The position numbers and the translations under genes are program-made. Positions 9,316-17,746 of a DNA stretch of 64,000 nucleotides are shown here, piece by piece. The stretch comes from Candidatus Eremiobacteria bacterium (lineage in GTDB: Bacteria > Vulcanimicrobiota > Vulcanimicrobiia > Vulcanimicrobiales > Vulcanimicrobiaceae), in the NCBI GenBank assembly GCA_963758295.1, contig CAVWUU010000004.1, forward strand, positions 800,001-864,000. Reading direction: 5' to 3'. The notes below the pieces were generated by a model. That model searched no databases. It was given only the letters and a program-made list of their open reading frames with translations, and had not been told where the DNA came from. Each line of letters begins with the position of its first letter. Within the stretch, counting starts at the first letter, position 1.

Positions 9316-10167
9316 TTAGCCGGAGACCCGGGCGGCCTCACGTTGCCGGAGCACTTCATACAGTAGGACGCCGGCAGCCACGGAAGCGTTGAGCGATTCG
9401 GTCTTGCCCCGCATTGGGACGCTGACCAGGTAATCGCACTCGCGACGGACCAGCTGCGCCAGCCCTTCGCCTTCAGCGCCAATAACCAAAGCCAGATCCC
9501 GGTCGAAATCGGCTTCGCCCATGGGCACGGACCCTTCTCCGGCATCGGCGCCCGCGATCCAGATTCCGGCCTTCTTTAGGGTTCGGATCGTTTCGTTAAT
9601 GTTGGACACCCGCACGACCGGGAGGTACGTTGCCGCGCCCGCGGCGGCTTTCCGGACGGTGGCATTCACGCCGGCGGAGCGCCGCTCAGGAAGGACGACT
9701 GCCGTGGCGCCCGAGCACTCAGCCGTGCGGATGATTGCACCTACGTTGTGCGGATCGGTGAGGTGGTCAAGGAGCACGAAGAGCGCCGGAGAGGTCCCGC
9801 GTTCCCTCAGGACCTCGTTTAGGTCGGCGTATTGGAACGGCGGCGCCATGGCGACGACGCCCTGATGCGTTTTGAACGGAAGCTGCGTGAAGAATCCACG
9901 ATCCTCGAAACGCACGGGGATGTTGCGTTCTTTCGCATCGGCGATGATCTTGCGCAGCAGCGGATCGCGTTTGCGTTCGTCGGATACGTGAATGCCGCGC
10001 AACGGTTCGTCCGCATTGAGCGCTTCTTCCACGACGTGAATGCCGTACATCACGTCATCGAAATCGAGTTTTGGTTTCGGCCGGCGCGGCGCACCGCCGC
10101 CGAACTTCGGCTTCGGTCTGCCGCCTTTCGGCTGATCGCTCGACCGATCTACGCGACGACGGTCCAA
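9316..10167 (-). CDS. rlmB: 23S rRNA (guanosine-2251-2'-O)-methyltransferase RlmB
   Basis: HQGVVA, DHLTDPHNVGAIIRTA, LVIGAEGEG and ESLNASVAAG SpoU motifs; TTG start at 10167 after a G-rich RBS. Confidence 0.92.
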   Translation of the reverse strand: MDRRRVDRSSDQPKGGRPKPKFGGGAPRRPKPKLDFDDVMYGIHVVEEALNADEPLRGIHVSDERKRDPLLRKIIADAKERNIPVRFEDRGFFTQLPFKTHQGVVAMAPPFQYADLNEVLRERGTSPALFVLLDHLTDPHNVGAIIRTAECSGATAVVLPERRSAGVNATVRKAAAGAATYLPVVRVSNINETIRTLKKAGIWIAGADAGEGSVPMGEADFDRDLALVIGAEGEGLAQLVRRECDYLVSVPMRGKTESLNASVAAGVLLYEVLRQREAARVSG

Positions 10168-10562
10168 GTGGTCCCCTTTCCCCAAAGTGCTTTGCACTTC
10201 GGGGACCCCAGAGCTTTAACAGCACTGCGCGCTTCGCGCTGCGCGCCCCCACGGGCAAAGCCCGCGGGTCCCCACTTCACGACAAGACGGTCCAAGTGGT
10301 CCCCTTTCCCCAAAGTGCTTTGCACTTCGGGGACCCCAGAGCTTTAACAGCACTGCGCGCTTCGCGCTGCGCGCCCCCACGGGCAAAGCCCGCGGGTCCC
10401 CACTTCACGACAAGACGGTCCAAGTGGTCCCCCTTTCCCCAAAGTGCTTTGCACTTCGGGGACCCCAGAGCTTTAACAGCACTGCGCGCTTCGCGCTGCG
10501 CGCCCCCACGGGCAAAGCCCGCGGGTCCCCACTTCACGACAAGACGGTCCAAGAGGTCCCTT
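10158..10562. repeat. tandem repeat: 3 copies of a 128-bp structured unit plus a partial copy in the cysS 3' end
   Basis: Copies start at 10158, 10286 and 10414 (this one has an extra C, 129 bp), with a partial copy at 10543. Units are otherwise identical and contain several hairpins (CCCCAAAGTGC-TTT-GCACTTCGGGG, CGGGC-AAA-GCCCG, GGGGACCC...GGGTCCCC). Confidence 0.95.
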
Positions 10563-11979
10563 CCTTTGAGTCTTTGATGGCGATGCCGCAGCGCATGAGG
10601 GCGTCGCGGAGGCGGTCGGAGGCGGCGAAATCTTTGCGCTCGCGCGCTTCACGCCGCACGTTGATGACGTTTTCGAGGGCTTGTTCGGGCGTTTCGCCGT
10701 TGAACGGAATTTCCGTGCCGAGTTCGGCGCGTAAGCGCTCCAGCAAATCGACCGGCAACAGGGCTTCGGCTTCTTTAAGCCACTCTTCGTTCGGTTCGAG
10801 TCCGAGCAGCCACAGCGCGCGTTCGAATTCGCAACGGCCGCCGGCGTTCTCCACAACCGCCCATTGAAGCAGTTCAGCGAGCGCAACCGACGTATTCATA
10901 TCGTCGCTCAACGCAGCTTCCATCTTTGGCAGCAGTGTTTGCTCGTCGCGCTTCGGCAGCACCGGATCGAACGGAACGAGACGCCGGTACGTCTTCTTCA
11001 ACCGATCCAGCGTCATCATCGATGCCGCAAGCGACTCGTCGGTAAAGTTCATTACCTTGCTGTAGCCCGTCGATAAAAACGTCAAGCGAATCGCCTGCGG
11101 GTCGTGCCGCGCAACCAAGTCCGAAAGCGGCTCGAAATTGCCCAGCGATTTGGACATCTTGCGTCCGTCGAAATTTAGCAAACCGCCGTGAACCCAGAAG
11201 TTCGCCATTGGCGGATGACCCATGAGCGGCTCGCTTTGCGCGATTTCATTTTCATGGTGCGGAAAGATCAAATCCGCGCCGCCGCCGTGGATATCGAATC
11301 CCATGCCGTCGGGGTCGAGCAATGTTTTAGACATTGCCGAGCACTCGATATGCCAGCCGGGGCGTCCTTCGCCATATCCCTCAAACGTCCAGAACGGCTC
11401 ACCGGGTTTGGCAAATTTCCACAGGGCAAAATCGAGGGGGTTTTCTTTATGCTCGTCGACTTCGATGCGCGCGCCCGCTTCGAGCTCTTCGATGTTGCGA
11501 TTGCTCAGCTTCCCGTAAGCCGGAAACGTGCTGACGCGATAATAGATGCCGTCTTGCGAAACGTAGGCGTGTCCGCACTTTAGCAGCTCGAGGATCATCG
11601 CTTGAATCTGTGCGATGTACTTTGTTGCGTACGGTTCGACGTCGGGGTCGCGAACGCTGAGTTTCTTCATCGAAGCTTTGAAGCTGCGATAAAAACCCAT
11701 GACTATTTCGTGCCAGTCTTCGCCGGTTTCGCGCGCGCGGTTGATGCTGCGATCGTCGATGTCGGTAACATTCTGAACGTAGGTTACGTCGTAACCGCTA
11801 TGTTCCAGAAACCGGCGCAGCAGGTCGAAAAACAAGAACGAACGCGCGTGGCCCAAATGCGCTTCAGCCGACGGCGTGAGCCCGCAAACGTAAATACGAA
11901 CGTCCCGGCCGCGCAGCGGCTTGAACGTCTCGGTCTTCCGGGTGCGAGTGTTGTAGAGTCTTAAATCACCCACGACCAC
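10534..11979 (-). CDS. cysS: cysteine--tRNA ligase
   Basis: YVCGLT, HLGH (HIGH motif), NVTDIDD, GRPGWHIECSAM, DIHGGGADLIFPHHENEIAQSE, KMSKS. Confidence 0.97.
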   Translation of the reverse strand: MVVGDLRLYNTRTRKTETFKPLRGRDVRIYVCGLTPSAEAHLGHARSFLFFDLLRRFLEHSGYDVTYVQNVTDIDDRSINRARETGEDWHEIVMGFYRSFKASMKKLSVRDPDVEPYATKYIAQIQAMILELLKCGHAYVSQDGIYYRVSTFPAYGKLSNRNIEELEAGARIEVDEHKENPLDFALWKFAKPGEPFWTFEGYGEGRPGWHIECSAMSKTLLDPDGMGFDIHGGGADLIFPHHENEIAQSEPLMGHPPMANFWVHGGLLNFDGRKMSKSLGNFEPLSDLVARHDPQAIRLTFLSTGYSKVMNFTDESLAASMMTLDRLKKTYRRLVPFDPVLPKRDEQTLLPKMEAALSDDMNTSVALAELLQWAVVENAGGRCEFERALWLLGLEPNEEWLKEAEALLPVDLLERLRAELGTEIPFNGETPEQALENVINVRREARERKDFAASDRLRDALMRCGIAIKDSKEGTSWTVLS

Positions 11980-12644
11980 GCTTCTTCGCTCTGGTCGGGT
12001 TCAATTTCAGCAAGGCGGTTTTCCATGTCATCTAAGCGGCGCTGCAATTGCCGGATCGCGTCGGCATTGGGATCTGGCAGATCGACCTGCGGACGGTCGG
12101 GCACGACCCGTACCGGCTTCCCGTCTTGCGCGACAACGTGCGCCGGAATTCCGACGACGGTTGCGTTGGGCGGCACGTCGCGAACGACCACCGAACCGCC
12201 GCCGACCTTCGCGGAATCACCCACGTAGATTGCGCCGAGTACCGCGGCGTTCACGCCCACGGTCACATTCTTCCCCAGAGTCGGATGACGTTTGCCGTGC
12301 GACAGACTCGTGCCGCCTAGGGTGACGCCCTGGTAAATCGTGCAGCCGTCGCCGACTTCGGCCGTCTCACCGATGACAACCCCCATGCCATGATCGATGA
12401 AGACGTTTTGTCCGATCTTTGCGCCCGGATGGATTTCGATGCCGGTCAAAAAACGCGCGATGTGCGAAAACCACCGCGGCAAGATCGGCACGCCCATGCC
12501 GTGCAATGCATGGTTGAACCGGTAGGCGGTAATCGCGTGAAAACCCGGATACGACAAGACGACGTCGAGCCAGCCGCGTACGGCGGGATCCCGCTGAAGC
12601 GGGACCCGCAGGTCGTTCATAAACGTCTGCAGCGGCGTGGGCAT
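11961..12644 (-). CDS. cysE: serine O-acetyltransferase
   Basis: RDPA, YPGFHA, TGIEIHPGAKIG, FIDHGMGVVIGETA, KRHPTLG; directly upstream of cysS. Confidence 0.95.
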   Translation of the reverse strand: MPTPLQTFMNDLRVPLQRDPAVRGWLDVVLSYPGFHAITAYRFNHALHGMGVPILPRWFSHIARFLTGIEIHPGAKIGQNVFIDHGMGVVIGETAEVGDGCTIYQGVTLGGTSLSHGKRHPTLGKNVTVGVNAAVLGAIYVGDSAKVGGGSVVVRDVPPNATVVGIPAHVVAQDGKPVRVVPDRPQVDLPDPNADAIRQLQRRLDDMENRLAEIEPDQSEEAWSWVI

Positions 12645-12667
12645 GTCGTTTAGTTTAACCGTTAAAG

Positions 12668-13228
12668 TCAAGGCTTGGTTGAGTCAGGTGGTGTCGATTT
12701 GATGGGCTCGAAGGGCTTGCCGTCGGGACCGTACCGGATCGGTTCGAGCCCACGTCCATGCAAAAGCCGCGAATTTACGGCCCCAATTCGCATCAGCATG
12801 CGGTCGTGCCCGAGCAAGGGGAAAAGCAACTCCAAGGGCGGTCCCTCTTTCTGCCCCGTCAACGCCATGCGGGCGGCCGCCTTTGCATCGGCCGGGTCGA
12901 TGCCAAATTCTGCGCCGATGACCGGGATATCATGCTCTAGGGGCAGCCCGCGCAACTCTGGCTGCGAATCGACGTATTGACCGACGGCATCCAAGAAAAA
13001 CAAGACCTGCCGCGTTCGCAGCCGCTCGAGTTCAAGCGCCGGAATAACGCACGCTTCGGCGCGTAACGCTGCAACCGGCGCGAACGCGTCGTCGGTCGTT
13101 TGCAATTCCTTGCCGTACGCTTCGAGAAACGTGTCGATCCAGCGAAGTGCGGCGTTCGGAGCGGGATCCTCGAGAAATCCCCATCGTTGCATCGCCGTCA
13201 TGAGTTGCGCGTTGCTGACTTGTGCCAT
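12668..13228 (-). CDS. stand-alone protein resembling the C-terminal anticodon-binding domain of glutamyl-tRNA synthetase
   Basis: ARMALTGQKEGPPLELLFPLLGHDRMLMRI matches the GltX C-terminal R-x-A-L-T-G-x3-G-P-x-L...LLG-x5-R pattern. No HIGH or KMSKS motif. AGGGG RBS; occupies the gltX slot between ispF and cysE. Confidence 0.7.
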   Translation of the reverse strand: MAQVSNAQLMTAMQRWGFLEDPAPNAALRWIDTFLEAYGKELQTTDDAFAPVAALRAEACVIPALELERLRTRQVLFFLDAVGQYVDSQPELRGLPLEHDIPVIGAEFGIDPADAKAAARMALTGQKEGPPLELLFPLLGHDRMLMRIGAVNSRLLHGRGLEPIRYGPDGKPFEPIKSTPPDSTKP

Positions 13229-13233
13229 GGCCC

Positions 13234-13707
13234 CTACCGTTCGATGGCGGCAACCGCGTAGGCCGCAATGCCGCTCCCATCGCCCGTATACCCCATGCCT
13301 TCGCTGGTCTTCGCTTTGACGCTCACATCTTCGAGCCCGAGCCCAAGGCGGCGCGCCACGTTCTCGCGCATCGCCGCGATAAAGGGTGCGAGTTTCGGAC
13401 GGTCCACAACAATCGTCGCATCGATGTTGCCGATGCGATATCCCGCTTCACGAAGTTTGAATGCGCACGCTTCCAAGAGCCCCATGGAATCGGCGTCTTT
13501 CCACTGCGGGTCGTTATCGGGAAAATGCGCGCCTAAATCGCCGAGCGCCGCCGCTCCGAGCAACGCGTCGGAAATCGCGTGCGCCACAACGTCGGCATCC
13601 GAGTGTCCCAGTGCGCCGCGTTCGAAGGGAATTTCGATGCCGCCGAGCACCAGCCGCCGCCCTTGGACAAGACGGTGCGCATCAAAACCGTGCCCGAATC
13701 GCGTCAT
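13234..13707 (-). CDS. ispF: 2-C-methyl-D-erythritol 2,4-cyclodiphosphate synthase
   Basis: GHGFDAHRL, GHSDADVVAHAISDALLGA, VKAKTSEGMG. Confidence 0.97.
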   Translation of the reverse strand: MTRFGHGFDAHRLVQGRRLVLGGIEIPFERGALGHSDADVVAHAISDALLGAAALGDLGAHFPDNDPQWKDADSMGLLEACAFKLREAGYRIGNIDATIVVDRPKLAPFIAAMRENVARRLGLGLEDVSVKAKTSEGMGYTGDGSGIAAYAVAAIER

Positions 13708-14663
13708 TCGCGCACGCCCGCGTTTTCATCCCGGCCGGCATAGTGTGAAAATCGCGTTGCGAAAGTTGCGGTGCCGTCGGCGAACGCCTCGAACCGCGCC
13801 GTGAAACCGCGCAGCCGTTCCGACGGAATAAATGCGCGCACCCCAACGCCTTGCGGAAGATCGCGTTCGACGCCGTCGATTCGCGCACCGCGCGATTCGA
13901 GTTCCGTTCGAATGGCTTCCACCAATGCGTCGTCGGCGAAGACTTCGATAAAGAGCACTTCTTCTTCCGACGGCGAGTGCTCCATCCGTTCGCGTAAGAG
14001 CGCTTCGGCGCGCGCGACGTCTTCGGGATTCGTCACCTTGAAGTTCTCCGCTCCCGCGGGCACGACAACGACCTCGATTCCAAGTTGCTCGAGAAGCGCT
14101 GCGTCGTCGGTTGCGTCGACGCCGTTCTTCTGCGCTTGCGCGTGCGCGCGCACCAGATCGTTACGCATTGCAAACTGTGGCGTTTGCGCCGCCCAGAGCT
14201 CCCCGCGCGCGAGCGTTTGGCGCACCGTCATCGTTGCGGCATCGACGCGTTTGATCGTGTCGACGACCGGCGCGGCGAGCACGGCGGCGCGATTGCGCGA
14301 AACCGCATTCATGCCGGAACGCACGTCATGCGCACGAACGAGCGGACGCGCCCCGTCATGCACGAACACCGCATTACAACGCGACGAAAGGCCCAACAGC
14401 GCTTTGTGCGCGCTCTGCTGCCGCGTCTCGCCGCCCGCAACTACTCTCACGGGCTGATGCGGCGCGAGTTGTGCTGCGAGCATTTGCATCGGCTCGATCC
14501 ACTCGTCTTCGGTCGCGATCGCGATTTCTTCGACTTCCGGCATCGCGCCGAAGGTGCGTAACGACCAACCGACGAGTGGCAAGCCCGCTACTTCGACGAA
14601 TTGCTTCGGCCGGCCGAAACGCGTTCCACGGCCCGCTGCAACGATAAGAGCACCCCAGATCAT
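13704..14663 (-). CDS. ispD: 2-C-methyl-D-erythritol 4-phosphate cytidylyltransferase with a C-terminal EF-G domain V-like extension
   Basis: AAGRGTRFGRPKQF, VHDGARPLV, AQTPQ, TDDAAL and NFKVTNPED, followed by about 90 extra residues ending RFSHY. Confidence 0.92.
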   Translation of the reverse strand: MIWGALIVAAGRGTRFGRPKQFVEVAGLPLVGWSLRTFGAMPEVEEIAIATEDEWIEPMQMLAAQLAPHQPVRVVAGGETRQQSAHKALLGLSSRCNAVFVHDGARPLVRAHDVRSGMNAVSRNRAAVLAAPVVDTIKRVDAATMTVRQTLARGELWAAQTPQFAMRNDLVRAHAQAQKNGVDATDDAALLEQLGIEVVVVPAGAENFKVTNPEDVARAEALLRERMEHSPSEEEVLFIEVFADDALVEAIRTELESRGARIDGVERDLPQGVGVRAFIPSERLRGFTARFEAFADGTATFATRFSHYAGRDENAGVRE

Positions 14664-15739
14664 CCGGCTTTATAACTTCCTTTGGGTTTGGCGAAGATCA
14701 AGCGTCCCGCGACGGTTTGCAGCACGCTCGTGACGATGACGTCGGTTGCTTCGCCGATGAGGCGGCGTCCTTGCTCGACGACAATCATCGTTCCGTCCTC
14801 GAGATAGCCCACGCCTTGGTGCGGTTCTTTGCCTTCGCGAATGACCTGCACGTGCAGTTCTTCTCCGGGAAGGACGACGGGCTTCACCGCATTTGCGAGC
14901 TCGTTAATATTCAGCACGGCCACACCTTCGACGTGCGCCACCCGATTGAGGTTATAGTCGTTCGTAACCAACCGGCCTTCGAGCTCCTGCGCCAGGCGCA
15001 CGAGTTTCTGATCGACGCTTCCGGCCGGCAAATCGTCGTAATCGCGTTCGTTGATGTCCAACGATGCGAGTTCTTGGAGGCGAGCCAACACGTCCAAGCC
15101 GCGGCGGCCGCGCGTGCGCTTGATCGGATCCAGCGAATCCGCAATCGCGTGCAGTTCGCGCAACACGAAGCGCGGCACCACTAGCGGGCCCTCGAGAAAG
15201 CCGCTTTGCACGATCTCTACGATGCGACCGTCCACAATTACGGAAGTGTCGACGATCTTGTGCGATCCGCTTGCCACGCCGTTGCGGCTCTTCGAAAACG
15301 GCAGGACCTGCGTCTTTGCGCCGACGCGCGCCCCAAGGTACGCGAAGAAAACGGCGACGATGAAGTAGAGCACGATCGCGACGTAACTTCCTGTGCGTCC
15401 GGCAATGGCACTGAACTCGAAGAGAATCGATTTGATGAGCAGCGCGATGCCGAGGCCCAAAATCAGGCCGATGGCGCCGCCGGCTATCTCCGCGGGCGCA
15501 AGCCGTTCGATCGCCCCTTCGGCGAGATTGAGCTCGTCTTCAAAAAAGCTCTGCGCGAGCGGCGCGACCAGCACGCCGATCACCGCGCCGATTACGGGAG
15601 CGAGAATCAGGAATGCCAACTGCAGGCCTTCGCTGGAAAAGTGCAGCGAGAGCACGTTCAAGTACATCTCGCGGCCCAGCAAAAAACCCGTGATGGCAAA
15701 GACGACGGCGAAAACGGCGCGCAGCACTGCGCCCGACAA
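14660..15739 (-). CDS. membrane PIN/TRAM domain protein (YacL family)
   Basis: N-terminal TM helices, DTSVIVDGRI PIN motif, TNDYNLNRVA, TRAM region GKEPHQGVGYLEDGTMIVVE; syntenic before ispD. Confidence 0.92.
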   Translation of the reverse strand: MSGAVLRAVFAVVFAITGFLLGREMYLNVLSLHFSSEGLQLAFLILAPVIGAVIGVLVAPLAQSFFEDELNLAEGAIERLAPAEIAGGAIGLILGLGIALLIKSILFEFSAIAGRTGSYVAIVLYFIVAVFFAYLGARVGAKTQVLPFSKSRNGVASGSHKIVDTSVIVDGRIVEIVQSGFLEGPLVVPRFVLRELHAIADSLDPIKRTRGRRGLDVLARLQELASLDINERDYDDLPAGSVDQKLVRLAQELEGRLVTNDYNLNRVAHVEGVAVLNINELANAVKPVVLPGEELHVQVIREGKEPHQGVGYLEDGTMIVVEQGRRLIGEATDVIVTSVLQTVAGRLIFAKPKGSYKAG

Positions 15740-15744
15740 ACCCG

Positions 15745-16875
15745 TTACTCGAATGTTACAAACGCTCCGCAGACATCGTTGGCGACGTATCGTCCCCGTT
15801 CGGTGAGGCGCAAGTGATCGCCGCTCACTTCCAGCAGGCCCGCTTCATTATAGGTGCGGACTACCGGCGCATAGCGCTCGAGCACGTCGATGCCGTACCG
15901 CTCTTTAAAGCTTGGCAGGCCGACCCCTTGCGCGGTGCGCAGGGCGAGCATGATCGCTTCACCGGTGCGCCGCAGCCCTTCGAGCTGCTCGCTTTCCGAG
16001 GGGATTGCCATCCCAGCTTCCGCCGCGCTCACGTACTCCTCAAAATCTCGTGAATGCACCGAGCGCACGCCTTTCCGGTACGACGCCGCTCCGACGCCTA
16101 AGCCGATATACTCGCCGTTCGCCCAATAGTTGGCATTGTGAGCGCTTTCGTGTCCGGGCCGCGCGAAGTTGCTGATCTCGTACTGAGCGTAGCCGCCTTC
16201 ACGCAAGGCGGAAATGGCAATCTCATAAAGGTCGGCCTCACGATCCTGATCCATGAACGCACGCGGCTCGCGATCGTGCCACGCCGCATAGGGCGTGCCT
16301 TCTTCGATGGTCAGGCCGTACGTAGAAATGTGGTCGACGCCAAGGGCGATGGCGGAGTCGAGCGTCCGGCGCCAAGATTCCGCCGTCTGCCCCGGGACGG
16401 CAAAAATGAGATCGATCGAAACCGACCGCATCGAAGCAAGGCGCGCCAGTTCCACAGCATCCCGCACTTGCTGCAGCGTATGTTTGCGCCCGAGGGTCGC
16501 GATTTCGGCCGGTTCGAAGGATTGCACGCCGATCGAAACGCGGTCGATGCCGGCCGCGCGGTACGTTCCAAAATCGTCCGGCCGTACCAGCTCGGGGTTG
16601 ACTTCTATCGAGATTTCCCGCATCGGACGTCCGCCGGAAAAGCGCTCGCGCAATCGCGTGACGAGCGAGGCAATCTCCGAGGAGTCATACGAATTCGGCG
16701 TGCCGCCGCCTAAGAAGATCGTTTCCGCGGCTTCGGGCGCTTCGCGCTCGAGTTCGCGCAGCAGTGCTTCGAAGTAGCGCGTAGCCGAACTGCGCCGCAT
16801 CGGCCACTTTGCGAAATCGCAATACGGACAGATGTACGGACAGAACGGGAGATGGACGTAAATGCCGAGGCTCAC
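15745..16875 (-). CDS. hemW: radical SAM heme chaperone HemW
   Basis: YVHLPFCPYICPYCDF, GGGTP, SIGVQSF, YEISNFA, HNANYW. Confidence 0.9.
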   Translation of the reverse strand: MSLGIYVHLPFCPYICPYCDFAKWPMRRSSATRYFEALLRELEREAPEAAETIFLGGGTPNSYDSSEIASLVTRLRERFSGGRPMREISIEVNPELVRPDDFGTYRAAGIDRVSIGVQSFEPAEIATLGRKHTLQQVRDAVELARLASMRSVSIDLIFAVPGQTAESWRRTLDSAIALGVDHISTYGLTIEEGTPYAAWHDREPRAFMDQDREADLYEIAISALREGGYAQYEISNFARPGHESAHNANYWANGEYIGLGVGAASYRKGVRSVHSRDFEEYVSAAEAGMAIPSESEQLEGLRRTGEAIMLALRTAQGVGLPSFKERYGIDVLERYAPVVRTYNEAGLLEVSGDHLRLTERGRYVANDVCGAFVTFE

Positions 16876-16888
16876 GATTTCCTCGGGT

Positions 16889-17743
16889 CTAGTCGTCTTG
16901 AGCTACGAAGATCCCGACCGCGCCTGGTCCTCCATGCGTGGCAATCACCGGGCCGGCTTCCAATATATCCAGCATCAAAGGCTGCACGCCGCCGAGTCTT
17001 GCACGCAGTTTTTCGAGTGCCGCAGCCGCAAGCTCCGGCGCGTTGGTGTGCATTACCAAGAACCGTGCCTTCGCAACGTTGGTGGCAGCTTTGAGCGCGA
17101 GATCGAGCATGGTTTCTTGCGCGCGCGAAAACGTGCGAACTTGCGCTTCGGCGGCAACTTGGCCGTCTTTAAGGGCCAGCACCGGAACGATCTTCATCAA
17201 CGTACCCACAACCGCTTGGGCCTTGCCGATGCGTCCAGTGCGCTGCAAGTGCGAAAGATCCGACAGACACGCATAAAGCCGCTGCGTCTGCCGCTCCTTT
17301 TCGAGCGCCGCTAGGATCTGCGTCATCGTAGCGCGTTGACTAACCAGCTCCGCCGCGCGCATGACCATCATGCCGAGGCCGCCGGCCGCGCTCTCCGAAT
17401 CGTAAATTTCGATTTTCGCATCCGGGAAACGCTGCGCTGCCGCGCGCGCCGCATTGATCGTTCCCGACAGACGCGACGAAATGGTAATGCAAAGAATTTC
17501 ATCGCCCGCTTCGACAAGCGGACGGAACGCATCTTCGAACATCTGCGCGGTCGGCTGCGAGGTGATCGGCAGCGTCTTCTCGCTCTGCAACATCTCGTAG
17601 AATTGCGGGCGCGAAAGATCGACGTAATCGCGGTAACTGCGGTCGCCGAAAACAACGAAGAGCGGAACGACCGTTACGCCGAGCTGCTCCGCACGTTGCG
17701 GCTCGATGTCGGACGTGCTGTCGGTTACGATGGCAATCGACAA
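16889..17743 (-). CDS. DegV family fatty-acid-binding protein (FakB-like)
   Basis: IVTDSTSD, TSQP, ISSRLSGT, LQRTGRIG, HGGPG. Confidence 0.92.
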   Translation of the reverse strand: MSIAIVTDSTSDIEPQRAEQLGVTVVPLFVVFGDRSYRDYVDLSRPQFYEMLQSEKTLPITSQPTAQMFEDAFRPLVEAGDEILCITISSRLSGTINAARAAAQRFPDAKIEIYDSESAAGGLGMMVMRAAELVSQRATMTQILAALEKERQTQRLYACLSDLSHLQRTGRIGKAQAVVGTLMKIVPVLALKDGQVAAEAQVRTFSRAQETMLDLALKAATNVAKARFLVMHTNAPELAAAALEKLRARLGGVQPLMLDILEAGPVIATHGGPGAVGIFVAQDD

Positions 17744-17746
17744 ACG

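Noticed and set aside
10158..10562. CRISPR array
   Set aside because: Units are 128 bp and identical, with no unique spacers and no cas genes in the window.
12644..12668. T-box leader before cysE as in Bacillus
   Set aside because: Only about 23 bp are available and no T-box motif is visible.
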